Origin: an uncultured Agathobacter sp.
GTDB lineage: Bacteria; Bacillota; Clostridia; Lachnospirales; Lachnospiraceae
Assembly: GCA_945910395.1 (NCBI GenBank)
Contig: CAMDYX010000007.1
Location: forward strand, 3,588-67,587
Length of the DNA: 64,000 bases
Reading direction: 5' to 3'
Shown here: positions 19,258 to 29,791 of the stretch, in pieces
Layout: each line of letters begins with the position of its first letter
Position numbering within the stretch: position 1 is the stretch's first letter
The notes under the pieces: model-generated
What the model saw: the letters and a program-made list of their open reading frames with translations, nothing else
Database searches by the model: none
Told to the model about the DNA's origin: nothing
Made by a program: the position numbers and the translations under genes

Positions 19258-19310
19258 GAGGCTTCCACCAATTCAGCGGAAGCCTCAGCTTTTTCTTATG
19301 TTCATTTTTC
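19258..19310. repeat. Hairpin-containing direct repeat, copy 1 (terminator-like)
   Basis: gaggcttcc...gcggaagcctcagctttttcttatgttcatttttc, similar to 21443-21492. Confidence 0.7.
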
Positions 19311-20147
19311 CTGTGCCTGACGAAGGGCTTCCTCAAGTTCAGCAATACGCTGTTCACTTTTTGCAAGCAGCTTTTTTGTTCTTGCGATTTCCTTTTTCAT
19401 TTCAGAAGTCTCGGCTTTGGCATCAGCCGCTTCCTTTTTTAATCGGTTTTCTACAGCAATTCGTTCATCACGGGCACGAATCTCCTGACGTAAAATAGAG
19501 TCGTGTGTGATATCATATATGGTGGATACGGCATCTGTCATTATTTTGTCATCTTGAGCGAGCATTTTGAGTTCCTCCCATGTCTGCGCCTTAAAGAGGG
19601 AAGCCCAGTGATCAATTCCGTAGAGCTTGTCTTCTTCGGTCGCCAAATCTATTCTGGTTAAGTCTAGCACGGATAAGCGAAGTTTGTCACTATATTTTTG
19701 ATGAGTTTTTTCATTCATAAGATAGTAGGTGGCATAGAATTCAGGCGCTTCACGAAAGAGGGTGTAATCCAGTAAGCCAATTTGAATGGCAGGCCTGACA
19801 TTGGTATAGTCCTCTCCGTGATCAAGGTTGTCAAAGGTGCGGCATAGATAGCTCATGGAACGTTCCACCCAGTTATGCAGATTAATAACCTGCATTTCAA
19901 TGTTAAGAATAGTACTGTTATTCATTCGGACAAGAATATCTAAGATAAATTCTTTTTCATCAAGGTCTTGACCTAATATGATTTCGTTCTCGATTCTAAC
20001 AGAAGAAATATCTGCCTCATCCATGTGAAGAAGGGAGGCAATCAAGGCTTTCAGCACGTTGTTGTTCTTTTGAAGAAGAGCACGAAAAAAATAGTCATTG
20101 ACGAGCTTAATTCCAATCGGACCGGATAAGTTTGATATATCTGGCAT
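19302..20147 (-). CDS. Rpn family PD-(D/E)XK nuclease / putative transposase
   Basis: NDYFF, ILDI, NIEMQ, RSMSY; coiled-coil tail; AAGGAG RBS before MPDISN. Confidence 0.85.
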   Translation of the reverse strand: MPDISNLSGPIGIKLVNDYFFRALLQKNNNVLKALIASLLHMDEADISSVRIENEIILGQDLDEKEFILDILVRMNNSTILNIEMQVINLHNWVERSMSYLCRTFDNLDHGEDYTNVRPAIQIGLLDYTLFREAPEFYATYYLMNEKTHQKYSDKLRLSVLDLTRIDLATEEDKLYGIDHWASLFKAQTWEELKMLAQDDKIMTDAVSTIYDITHDSILRQEIRARDERIAVENRLKKEAADAKAETSEMKKEIARTKKLLAKSEQRIAELEEALRQAQEK

Positions 20148-20527
20148 AGTAAGTCTCCTTTTGTGTCGTATAAAGTTGTTGAAGTACTTGGAGATTTTGG
20201 CGATTCGCCGGAAGAAAATACCAAGCAGAAACCAGCTATGCGCGCGTCTGATTTTTCTATAAACAACATAGCATGTAGGCAAGCGGAAAAGCAAGTTGGG
20301 AAAATGACAGTTTTGATAGGCGCTTTTTTATACAGAATTACATGAAAAGTGAGAAAATTTTTCCATATAAGAAGGTTTGCTAACAGAATTTGTACAAAAA
20401 CCGGATAAACAGTACTGCCACTGAATTTTTCAGGTGTTGAGCAAGTGCTTTTATGATGCTAAAATAGCAACATGAGTGCTATGCATTTTTCTTTTTTTCC
20501 CGTGATATATCATTGCAAAGGAGTTAC

Positions 20528-21433
20528 ATGGGGAAAAATTTAGAATACAAAAGTGACGTCTTTAGCATGCTGCTGCAGAATCCGAAGTATGCGCTGGATG
20601 TCTATAATGCGATGAATGGTTCGGATTACAGCAATCCGAAGGACCTAGAAATTTATCTGCTGGAGGGTGGAATATCCCTCTCCATACGAAACGATGCATC
20701 ATTCATTATCTATAATCATTTATGTGTTTACGAGCATCAGGGAAGCTACAATCTCAACATGGCAGTTCGGGAATTAATCTACTTTGTGAGTCTTATTACG
20801 AGATTAATTAAAGAAAAGAAGATCGACGTGTATGGGAGAAAGAAAGTCAGGCTTCCAAGACCGCAGTTCGTGGTGTTTTATAATGGGCTGGAAGAACGCC
20901 CGGAAAGAGAAATATTTCGTTTGTCAGACCTGTTTGAAGAAGGCGAAGACGAGCCGCAGATCGAATTGATCTGCGAGGCAATTAATATCAACCCGAACAA
21001 AAACACAATGCTAAAGAAAAAGAGTTATGTTTTAGAGGGCTATTGTACTTTTGTAGAAAAGGTGCGAAAATGTGGGCAGGAGGGCATGTCCCTAAAAGAT
21101 GCCTTAGATGAAGCAGTAAAGGAATGTATCGATGAGCATGTACTGGAAGAATTCTTCCGGGAGCGCGGGAATGAGGTGAAAAGAGTGGAGGTACTGGATT
21201 TTACATTTGAAAGAAGAATAGAGCTTGAGAGGCGGGATGCAGGGTTAGAAGGAGAAGCTCGAGGTAGAACAAAGGATATAATTATGCTCCTTGAAGATGT
21301 GGGTAAAGTTCCATCAAAGCTGGAGGAACAGATACGAAGCCAGGAGGATGAGGTTACATTAACACGATGGATAAAGCTTGCAGCAAGAGCAGAATCCATA
21401 GAGGATTTTGAACAGAAAATTTCAAATAGCTAG
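20528..21433 (+). CDS. Rpn-like PD-(D/E)XK protein (second subfamily)
   Basis: YKSDVF, RNDASF, YEHQ, VFYNG and GLEGEARG tail; AAGGAG RBS. Confidence 0.7.
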   Translation: MGKNLEYKSDVFSMLLQNPKYALDVYNAMNGSDYSNPKDLEIYLLEGGISLSIRNDASFIIYNHLCVYEHQGSYNLNMAVRELIYFVSLITRLIKEKKIDVYGRKKVRLPRPQFVVFYNGLEERPEREIFRLSDLFEEGEDEPQIELICEAININPNKNTMLKKKSYVLEGYCTFVEKVRKCGQEGMSLKDALDEAVKECIDEHVLEEFFRERGNEVKRVEVLDFTFERRIELERRDAGLEGEARGRTKDIIMLLEDVGKVPSKLEEQIRSQEDEVTLTRWIKLAARAESIEDFEQKISNS

Positions 21434-21442
21434 TAAAGGAAA

Positions 21443-21492
21443 GAGGCTTCCCCCAGGCTGGCGGAAGCCTCAGCTTTTTATGTTCATTTTTC
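21443..21492. repeat. Hairpin-containing direct repeat, copy 2 (terminator-like)
   Basis: gaggcttcc...gcggaagcctcagctttttatgttcatttttc. Confidence 0.7.
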
Positions 21493-21805
21493 TTTTTGTA
21501 TGTTTTTGAAGAAAAAATTTTTGCTGGTACCTAAAATTTATTAAAATGAGGTGTTTTTGGCCTTTTGAGAGGCGAATTGTAAAAATTCTTATGCCAAAAT
21601 TATACTTTTGATTTGTTTTGCAAATTCCTTCGGGAATACTTTTCTGAAATAGGATATGGTTTGCTAAATACTATGTATAAGCTGTGCAACTTCTGATTTT
21701 TTCAAGCCTCAAGTTTTTCAAACATATCATGCCAATAGGAGAAAATTTATGCTATAATACTTTCCATATAGTACTACATACAAAATAGGAAGGAAAAGGC
21801 ACAAA

Positions 21806-23860
21806 ATGCTTTCTAGACAGAAACTCTATCATTTTTTCGTAAATAGGCATATCGGAATTTCACAGCGATATCATAAAGTGCATGACGGGGTGGGCGGGAT
21901 AAAGAAAATCCTTTCCTGGTGTTATCTTGCATGGCTGAATTTTGCATACTACATTTTGTTTTGCCATTTCTTGGGAGAGAAAAAGGAAATCGAAATCTAT
22001 GAGCAGAAGCGGCTTGATATATCTGCTTCCGAATCTTCTAGAAGCGGTAAGCTGTCTGTGGAAGATTATATAAAGGTATTAAAAGAATATGATGTGATTT
22101 CCTTTGACATTTTTGATACTTTGATTTTCCGACCTTTTTCAGAGCCGACAGATTTGTTCTATCTGCTTGGAACAGAACTGGAATATATGAATTTTAAGGA
22201 AATGCGTGTTGCAAAGGAGTGGGAGTGCCGGCAGGAAAAGCACAAAGAAACGAAAAGCTACGAGGTAACCCTTTCGGATATCTGGAAGCGAATTGAGCAG
22301 GAGGCAGGTATTTGTGCAGAAAAAGGATTAGCGCTGGAAGAAGAACTGGAGCTTTCCTTGTGCTATGCGAATCCTTTTATGATGGAAGTTTTTTTGCAAC
22401 TGAAACAGATGGGAAAACCCATTGTGATTGTTTCGGATATGTACTTGTCGAAAGAACTGCTTACTCGGCTGTTACATAAGAATGGGTATGAGGGTTTTGA
22501 GCATTTGTATGTTTCCTGTGAGTATGGAAAAAGCAAGGCAGATGGTTCGCTTTTTGACCTTGTGAAATCACAATTCAATCCGAATCTGAGTATGATTCAT
22601 GTGGGTGACAATGAAATCTCGGATGTTAAGATGGCAAAGAAGACCGGTTTTGCGGTGCTTCATTATCCAAACGTAAACCGGATGTCTTTGTCCTATCGTC
22701 CCTATGATATGTCAGTTATGATTGGCGGGGCTTACCGCGGTGTTGTGAATAACCATTTGTATTGTGGAGTTGGAAATGGAACGAGTACATATCCATATAC
22801 AATGGAATATGAGTATGGATTTATTTACGGAGGCTTGTTTGTTCTTGGGTATTGCTGCTTTATACATGAGTACTGCCAGAAGAACGGTATCGATAAAGTA
22901 CTTTTTCTGTCAAGGGATGGAGATATATTAAAGCAGGTATATGATTATTTATACCCGCAGGAGCCGACTGCCTATGTTTATTGGTCCAGAAAGGCGGCAA
23001 CGAAGCTGGAAGCATCCTTTGATAAGCAGGATTATTTTCGGAGATTCCTTTTTCACAAAATCAATCAGGATTACACAATCAAAGAGATTCTGGATTCGAT
23101 GGAGCTTTCTTTTCTTCTCGACGAGCTTGGAGATTGGAAAAACATATGGGAAGAGAAGAACCAGAAGAGATTTATTGAACTAAAGGCAGAAGACAAGCTG
23201 ACGGATAAGAATGCAGAGGCACTAAAACAATTTTTGGATGCAAAATGGGATCAGGTGCTGGCTGCTTATAGCAGCCAGAATCTTATGGCGAAGGCCTACT
23301 ATGAATCTGTTCTTTCCGGCTGCAAGAAGGTTGCAGCGGTGGATATCGGATGGGCCGGCAGCGGTGCAATGGTGCTTAGGCATCTTGTGTCTTATGAATG
23401 GAACATTCCGTGTGAGATTATTGGAATCGTTGCGGGAACAAATACGGTATATAATGCAGAACCGAATGCTTCGGAAAGCTTTTTGCAGAGTGGAAAGCTG
23501 GTGGCATATTTGTATTCCCAGAGCCATAACCGGGATTTGCAAAAAAAGCATGATCCCAATAAGGATTATAATGTATTCTGGGAGCTTTTGCTGTCGTCTC
23601 CCACTCCTCAGTTTAAAGGCTTTTATCCGGAGGGACCTTCCTTCGGAAGCTATGATGCAAATCAGGAGGGAATCCGGGAAATACAGCGGGGAATTTTTGA
23701 TTTTGTAAAGGAATATGTGACACATTTTAAAAATTTCCCATATATGCTTTGGATTTTGGGAAGGGATGCGTATGCGCCGATGCTTGTGGCGGCAAGCCAT
23801 CAAGAAAAGTATTTAAAAGAAATGGAGAAAAGGTTCCATTTGGAAATCAATGTAAATTAA
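21806..23860 (+). CDS. HAD phosphatase plus PRT-like protein (ribofuranosyltransferase-like)
   Basis: FDIFDTL, SDMYL, HVGDN, FLSRDG, WSRK, VDIGWAGS; TGcTATAAT about 50 nt upstream. Confidence 0.75.
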   Translation: MLSRQKLYHFFVNRHIGISQRYHKVHDGVGGIKKILSWCYLAWLNFAYYILFCHFLGEKKEIEIYEQKRLDISASESSRSGKLSVEDYIKVLKEYDVISFDIFDTLIFRPFSEPTDLFYLLGTELEYMNFKEMRVAKEWECRQEKHKETKSYEVTLSDIWKRIEQEAGICAEKGLALEEELELSLCYANPFMMEVFLQLKQMGKPIVIVSDMYLSKELLTRLLHKNGYEGFEHLYVSCEYGKSKADGSLFDLVKSQFNPNLSMIHVGDNEISDVKMAKKTGFAVLHYPNVNRMSLSYRPYDMSVMIGGAYRGVVNNHLYCGVGNGTSTYPYTMEYEYGFIYGGLFVLGYCCFIHEYCQKNGIDKVLFLSRDGDILKQVYDYLYPQEPTAYVYWSRKAATKLEASFDKQDYFRRFLFHKINQDYTIKEILDSMELSFLLDELGDWKNIWEEKNQKRFIELKAEDKLTDKNAEALKQFLDAKWDQVLAAYSSQNLMAKAYYESVLSGCKKVAAVDIGWAGSGAMVLRHLVSYEWNIPCEIIGIVAGTNTVYNAEPNASESFLQSGKLVAYLYSQSHNRDLQKKHDPNKDYNVFWELLLSSPTPQFKGFYPEGPSFGSYDANQEGIREIQRGIFDFVKEYVTHFKNFPYMLWILGRDAYAPMLVAASHQEKYLKEMEKRFHLEINVN

Positions 23861-24000
23861 AATGACCTTATGGTACTTATGTATTGCTTTTTCTATAGAT
23901 GTTATGTTAAAATTTAACTAGTAAAGTCCAAAGAAAAGTACTTTTTACGGAGAGAGAAGAGTATTGGGTATTGGATAAAGAAAAGGTGGGGGATAACACT

Positions 24001-25683
24001 ATGGCACAAAAGAAAAAAAAGACGATTTCAATGATGGTATCCTTATTGATTACAGCAATTCTTCCAACGCTTATCGCAGCGGTTGTTGTGGCTGTTGTTG
24101 GGTGCAAAGCAATGAGCGATGCATTGGTGAAGGATGTGTATCATGAGCTTCGCGTAGCAGCAGAAGGTTTAATGAAGTATTATGAGTGGGATATCAATAA
24201 CACGGAAGAACATGCACCGGTTTATGAGCATGATTACGTGGATTGCTTATTAGAGGATGATATTCAGCTTACCTTTTTCTTAGGTGATGTGCGATATATG
24301 ACTTCCATTGTTGATGAAAGCAACCCGACAGGAAGAAACGAAGGTACGAAGGCAGATCCTGCAGTTTGGGCAACGGTGTCTGCGGGAAATGAATATGACG
24401 CAAAAAATGTTGTGATTAATGGAGAAGAATATTATGTAACATACGTACCGGTCAAGGATTCGGCAGGTAGTATAATCGGTATGGCATTTGCCGGTAAAGA
24501 GGAGGAACTTGTAAGCAGTCAGATATCCTCTGCGATTACTAAATTGTTGATTTCTGCTTTGATTATTGTGGTTATCTGCAGCATAGTTGTTATCTTTATT
24601 GCAAGAAATATTAAGGAGCCTCTTGAAATTATTGCGAAGAACCTGCAGCTTTTATCCGGTGGCGAATTAAAACCATATAAGACTGCAAAGAGCAGCATTA
24701 CAGAAATTGATTCTATAATTCAGTCTCGTAAGGTATTGTCAGCAACCCTTCAGGATATCGTAGAGAAGGTACAGAAGGCTTCCAATGATCTTCTTAAGAA
24801 CGGAAATGAGTTACAGACGGTTGCTTCTAATACCTCTGTCAATGCAGAGGACATCTCCAATGCGGTGGAAGAGATGTCAAAGGGTGCTGTTTCCATGGCA
24901 ACGGATATCGAGCATGCTACGGAAAAGGTTGTTGACATGGGTGGAAAGATTGAAGGTATCGTCGGTGGTATCAATGATCTTGATAATGTGGCAAGCGGAA
25001 TGGATAATGCAGGACGCAAGGCCATGAGCATCATTCAGGCCCTGGATGAATCCAATACAAAAACGGTTGAGGCCATTCAGGTTGTTGCACAGAATGTGGA
25101 AGCCACCGATCGCTCTGTAGCGGAGATTTCCAGTGCGGTCAATTTGATTACGGAGATTGCGGATCAGACAAACCTTTTATCTTTGAATGCTTCTATTGAA
25201 GCGGCAAGAGCCGGTGAGGCAGGTAGAGGATTCGCGGTTGTTGCAAATGAGATTTCTTCCCTTGCTGATCAGTCCAGTGAATCTGCGAAGAAGATTGAAG
25301 AAATTCTTGAGAATCTGGTTTCTGATTCCAAACGTTCCATTGAGAAGATGGAAGAGGTGAATAAGCATCTGAGGGAGCAGCAGGAGAATTTAAAGAATAC
25401 CCAGAATGAATTTGCAAATGTTACGACTGGTATTCAGAATACCAGAAATCAGAGTGGACTTGTGGACGGACAGGCAAAGGATTGTGATGTATCCAGAGCC
25501 AGTGTAATTGATATTATTTCCAGCTTAAGTGCGATTTCTGAGCAGAATGCAGCTAGTACAGAAGAGACAACGGCTTCTATTCAGGAGCTTACTGCAACAA
25601 TCAATCTTGTTGCACAGCAGGCGGTTGAGGTTAAGGAACAGGCTGAAATTCTTGAGGAAGCAATGAAGTTCTTCAAGCTGTAA
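24001..25683 (+). CDS. Methyl-accepting chemotaxis protein (single Cache sensor)
   Basis: Two TM segments; [27 protein letters not shown]. Confidence 0.93.
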   Translation: MAQKKKKTISMMVSLLITAILPTLIAAVVVAVVGCKAMSDALVKDVYHELRVAAEGLMKYYEWDINNTEEHAPVYEHDYVDCLLEDDIQLTFFLGDVRYMTSIVDESNPTGRNEGTKADPAVWATVSAGNEYDAKNVVINGEEYYVTYVPVKDSAGSIIGMAFAGKEEELVSSQISSAITKLLISALIIVVICSIVVIFIARNIKEPLEIIAKNLQLLSGGELKPYKTAKSSITEIDSIIQSRKVLSATLQDIVEKVQKASNDLLKNGNELQTVASNTSVNAEDISNAVEEMSKGAVSMATDIEHATEKVVDMGGKIEGIVGGINDLDNVASGMDNAGRKAMSIIQALDESNTKTVEAIQVVAQNVEATDRSVAEISSAVNLITEIADQTNLLSLNASIEAARAGEAGRGFAVVANEISSLADQSSESAKKIEEILENLVSDSKRSIEKMEEVNKHLREQQENLKNTQNEFANVTTGIQNTRNQSGLVDGQAKDCDVSRASVIDIISSLSAISEQNAASTEETTASIQELTATINLVAQQAVEVKEQAEILEEAMKFFKL

Positions 25684-25731
25684 TCGTGTTTTTCAATGTA
25701 TTTTGGATGTAATGGAGAGGGGGACCATTGG

Positions 25732-26022
25732 ATGAAATGCGTTAGAACACCAATTAAAGCAGACGTGATTAAGTATGAACTGCATGCTTCTTTAGAAGAC
25801 GGTTTCGAGTTGTATTCCGAGGTGATCACAAAGAACAATGTGGATTGTACCAATTTGATTCAGGTAGATAAGGAGGGCGTGATTGTCTGCCCTTACATTA
25901 CCAATCGAAGAGGTCGTACCTTTATTAAGGAGGGCGACTATATTATTATCGAGGAAGACGGAACAAAGCATGTATGTGGTGAGGATAAAGTTTTTTCACG
26001 CTATGCTAAATTAGATGAGTAG
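25732..26022 (+). CDS. Small hypothetical protein
   Basis: GGAGAGG RBS; IKEGDYII motif; followed by a hairpin at 26031-26060. Confidence 0.6.
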   Translation: MKCVRTPIKADVIKYELHASLEDGFELYSEVITKNNVDCTNLIQVDKEGVIVCPYITNRRGRTFIKEGDYIIIEEDGTKHVCGEDKVFSRYAKLDE

Positions 26023-26083
26023 TTGATTTTAATGCCACCATCCCCAAAGATGGTGGCATTTGGTGATTCGTGGAGTATAGAAA

Positions 26084-27766
26084 ATGAATGAGAATGATTT
26101 TTGGGAAACTGCAAAGGAGAAGGCTGCGGCATTCCTTAATACGGTGGATCAGAGCCTGGAGAATGTGTGTATCTGGGTAACAGATCTTAAGAACCAGGTG
26201 TCCTGGTGCTCAAAAAGAATGCAGGATTTATTTGGAATATCTGCCCCGGTAATAAACAATTTTGAATTGTTTTTTAAAGAATACGTATATTCGGATGATC
26301 AGGATGAATATATTTCTGCCATGAATGAGTGGCTCCTGGGAGATAACCTGGATATGGAATTATGCTCCAGAATGTGTGAAAAGGACGGAAGCTGTTGCAT
26401 GTACAGCCTTCACCCGAAAATCCTTTTGGATGAAAAGAAGAATCCACAGTATCTGGTGGTTACCATACGAAATGAGGCCATTTTTTCTGAGTTTGATCCT
26501 ATGACAGATTTATACTCCTATGCAAGGTATGTAAAGGATCTGGATAGTGGAATTGCTGGTGGGGAAAGGCTTGCGATTTTACAGATTCAGGTGGAGGGAT
26601 TTAACACCTTCAACCTGGTGTATGGCTTGGATTATTCCGCTGCTCTTTTACGTCAGATTGCGTTGACCTTTATCTATATGATGGATATGGACAAAGCGGT
26701 CTATCGTCTGGAAAGCGAACGCTTTGTTTTCATATTAAAGAAGGCGGGCAGGGAAGAATTACTGCAATTTGAGCAGCAGGTTCGCAGGACTCTTTCTGAT
26801 AGAATCTTAATTTCAGGAAAAAACTTATCCTTGAAAATGAGTGCAGGAGCAATTCTGCTTGAAGATTTCGTGGGGGATTCTTCTTCTGTCCGGGGACAGG
26901 TCGCCTATGCCTTGGATCATTCCATACATAAGCATCAGGGACAGCTTGTCATATTTAATGATGAGGTACATACGAAAAATGGGACAGACCTTGCCCTTAT
27001 GAAGGTGATTCATCAGTCTGTTCAGAATAACTGTGAGGACTTTTATCTGGAATACCAGCCGATTGTAGCTGCAAAAACCGGAGAAGTTGTGGGAGCAGAG
27101 GCCCTGGTTCGATGGAGCCGCAAGCCATATGGAGTCGTACCACCGGGAATGTTTATCGAGTGGATGGAGACAGATCCGAGCATGTATGATCTGGGAAATT
27201 TTGTGCTTCGCAGGGCACTTACAGAAACCTTGAAGATTCTAAAAATCAACCCGGATTTTTTTGTGAATGTCAATGTTTCGGTACGACAGCTGGAGAGACC
27301 AAAATTTCGAAAAAAACTGCAAAGCATCCTTGCTGAAACAGGTTTTCCGGCAGATCATCTGTGCATGGAATTGACGGAGCGATGCAAGGATTTTCCAATT
27401 GAACAATTAAGAGAAGAGGTTTTGTTTTTCCAAAGCCTGGGTATCAGAGTCGCGATGGATGATTACGGAACGGGAAGCGCTTCCTCTAGTATTGTTATGA
27501 ATGTTCCGATGGATGAAATTAAAATAGATATGAGCTTCATACGCAACATTATGGATAATTTCAAAAATCAGGAGATGGTCCGTTCTATACTGTATTTTGC
27601 CCAGAAATCGAATATGGCAACCTGCCTGGAAGGTGTCGAAAATGAAGAACTGCAGAATTATCTGAGGGACTATAATGCCACATGGTTTCAGGGATATTAT
27701 TATGCGAAGCCGCTTCCGGTCCACTCTTTAGAGGATATGGTATGCACACAGGCGGTCAAGGGATAA
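26084..27766 (+). CDS. c-di-GMP phosphodiesterase: PAS-like, degenerate GGDEF and EAL domains
   Basis: YQP, EALVRW, VNVS, ELTE, DDYGTG, EGVE and QGYYY are intact; the GGDEF site reads RLESERF. Confidence 0.88.
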   Translation: MNENDFWETAKEKAAAFLNTVDQSLENVCIWVTDLKNQVSWCSKRMQDLFGISAPVINNFELFFKEYVYSDDQDEYISAMNEWLLGDNLDMELCSRMCEKDGSCCMYSLHPKILLDEKKNPQYLVVTIRNEAIFSEFDPMTDLYSYARYVKDLDSGIAGGERLAILQIQVEGFNTFNLVYGLDYSAALLRQIALTFIYMMDMDKAVYRLESERFVFILKKAGREELLQFEQQVRRTLSDRILISGKNLSLKMSAGAILLEDFVGDSSSVRGQVAYALDHSIHKHQGQLVIFNDEVHTKNGTDLALMKVIHQSVQNNCEDFYLEYQPIVAAKTGEVVGAEALVRWSRKPYGVVPPGMFIEWMETDPSMYDLGNFVLRRALTETLKILKINPDFFVNVNVSVRQLERPKFRKKLQSILAETGFPADHLCMELTERCKDFPIEQLREEVLFFQSLGIRVAMDDYGTGSASSSIVMNVPMDEIKIDMSFIRNIMDNFKNQEMVRSILYFAQKSNMATCLEGVENEELQNYLRDYNATWFQGYYYAKPLPVHSLEDMVCTQAVKG

Positions 27767-27842
27767 ACCATTGACGTAAGAACTCTTTTATGGTAAATTA
27801 GAGTGTGCGTTTTTGTGGATGCGCGTATTACCGGAGGATGAT

Positions 27843-28958
27843 ATGAAGGAAATTCTGAATAAGATAAAGACATTTTTTATAAATATAGGAAAGAGCATCA
27901 GCTCAAAAATTGATATGGAAAAGGTAAAACAGTTTTTTTCGAAATACTGGAGATACTTTGCCGTTGCCGGTCTTATGATCCTGCTGATTCTTGTTCTATA
28001 CAAATGTACGGGACAAGAGATGGGAGCTGTTGAGAGTACAGAGGCTGAAACCGAAACAGAGCAGCCATCCGCTGCAACCTTTGTCCTTGATTCACAGTTC
28101 GAACAGGACGCATACGAGCAGTTGAATACATTGATTAACAACTATTTTTCTGCTTATGCAGCCGGAAATATTGAAGAACTGGAGAAATATGCATATCCGA
28201 TTTCTGATAAGGAAAAGAGCTATATCGGGGTATGCAGTCAGTATTTCGAGAACTATCAGAACGTCGTATGCTATACAAAGCATGGTCTGACGGAAGGCTC
28301 CTATTTTGTGTCTGCATATTATGAACTGAAATTCTATGAGGTTGAAACGGTTGCTCCGGGTCTTGAATTCTTCTACGTTGAGACCGATGAGAACGGTAAT
28401 CTGTATGTGAACAACTTATATAGTGCATATAATAGGGAACGAATGGAAGAGGAAATGGATCCTGACATTTATTCTGTTTATGTATTATATGGTCAGCAGG
28501 AGGATGTGCAGGCAATTCGTCTGGATGTGCAGGAAAGATATCAGGCTGCGCTGTCATCAGATGCAGATCTTGTGAATATGTTAAGCTCCACCTTCCCATT
28601 GGCCGTAGAGGATTGGAAGAATTCCATTCTTGCAATTGAGCAGGCAGAGGCTGCAGGAGAGGCGCCGGCGGCTGAGAGCACAGAGCAAACTACACAGGAG
28701 ACGGAAGCTGCAACAGAGGAACAGGCTCCTGTCGAGGAGGACCATTCGCAGGAAAATGTGACTTCTAAAGTTAGAATTACTGCGGAAGGTTCCGTAAATG
28801 TCAGACAAGAGCCATCTGCGGAATCAACAAGACTTGGAAAAGCTTCCGGTGGATCTGTTTATACAAAGGTTGGCGAAGAAGGAGATTGGGTACAGATAGA
28901 CTTCAATGGCGTTATGGGTTACGTAACTGCTGAGTATGTGGAGGATGTCGTAGAATAA
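27843..28958 (+). CDS. Membrane-anchored protein with C-terminal SH3b domain
   Basis: TM; VNVRQEPS...GDWVQIDFNGVMGYV; TTGACG-N17-TAAATT at 27771-27799. Confidence 0.8.
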   Translation: MKEILNKIKTFFINIGKSISSKIDMEKVKQFFSKYWRYFAVAGLMILLILVLYKCTGQEMGAVESTEAETETEQPSAATFVLDSQFEQDAYEQLNTLINNYFSAYAAGNIEELEKYAYPISDKEKSYIGVCSQYFENYQNVVCYTKHGLTEGSYFVSAYYELKFYEVETVAPGLEFFYVETDENGNLYVNNLYSAYNRERMEEEMDPDIYSVYVLYGQQEDVQAIRLDVQERYQAALSSDADLVNMLSSTFPLAVEDWKNSILAIEQAEAAGEAPAAESTEQTTQETEAATEEQAPVEEDHSQENVTSKVRITAEGSVNVRQEPSAESTRLGKASGGSVYTKVGEEGDWVQIDFNGVMGYVTAEYVEDVVE

Positions 28959-28980
28959 TCCATTTCCCGGAATGAAAGGT

Positions 28981-29010
28981 ACGGAGACTTGTTTAAGTCT
29001 CCGTTTTTCT
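28981..29010 (+). terminator. Intrinsic terminator
   Basis: acggagactt-gttt-aagtctccgt followed by a T tract. Confidence 0.75.
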
Positions 29011-29040
29011 CATATTAGGAAAAGGAATGGGTAAAGTAGA

Positions 29041-29790
29041 ATGGAAGATTTAGTTCGTATCAATAAATTCCTGAGTGAAGCAGGTGTGTGTTCCAGAAGA
29101 GAGGCTGACCGCAAAATTGAGGCCGGGGAAGTGACTATTGATGGGCGGATTGCAGTAAGCGGAGATAAGGTTGCCCCAGGACAGAGGGTTCTTGTCAATG
29201 GTAAGGAAATAAAAAAGGAGGAGGAGATGATCCTTCTTGCGATGAATAAACCGGTGGGGATTGTATGTACGGCAGAAAAACGGGAAAAGAATAATATCAT
29301 AGATTATCTGGATTATCCAAAGCGTGTTTATCCCATCGGAAGGCTGGATAAGGATTCGGAAGGACTGATTCTTCTGACGAATAATGGCGATATTGTCAAC
29401 AAGATGATGCGTGCAGGGAATATGCATGAGAAGGAGTATATTGTCACGGTAAATAAACCGATATCCGATTCCTTTATCCGGGGTATGGCGGGAGGAGTAC
29501 CGCTGGTTGAGCTTGGTGCGACAACCCGGAAATGCCATGTGAAAAAGCTGTCGAACCGGACCTTTAAGATTATTCTTACCCAGGGCTTGAACCGGCAGAT
29601 TCGACGAATGTGTGAATACTTCGGATATCGGGTGGAAAAACTGGTGCGGGTACGTATCATGAATATTGAGCTTGGAGAGCTAAAGACCGGAGAATATAGG
29701 GAAGTTACGAAGGAAGAATACAAGAGGCTGCTTGCCCTTATCAAGAATTCCTCTAATGCTCCGGTTGCCGGGAGAAAGGATGTAAATTGA
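29041..29790 (+). CDS. RsuA/RluF-family rRNA pseudouridine synthase
   Basis: S4 domain RINKFLSEAGVCSRREAD; GRLDKDSEG; QGLNRQIRRM. Confidence 0.9.
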   Translation: MEDLVRINKFLSEAGVCSRREADRKIEAGEVTIDGRIAVSGDKVAPGQRVLVNGKEIKKEEEMILLAMNKPVGIVCTAEKREKNNIIDYLDYPKRVYPIGRLDKDSEGLILLTNNGDIVNKMMRAGNMHEKEYIVTVNKPISDSFIRGMAGGVPLVELGATTRKCHVKKLSNRTFKIILTQGLNRQIRRMCEYFGYRVEKLVRVRIMNIELGELKTGEYREVTKEEYKRLLALIKNSSNAPVAGRKDVN

Positions 29791-29791
29791 A

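Noticed and set aside
26084-27766. Active diguanylate cyclase
   Set aside because: The GGDEF motif is degenerate (ESERF); this is a common PDE-only architecture.
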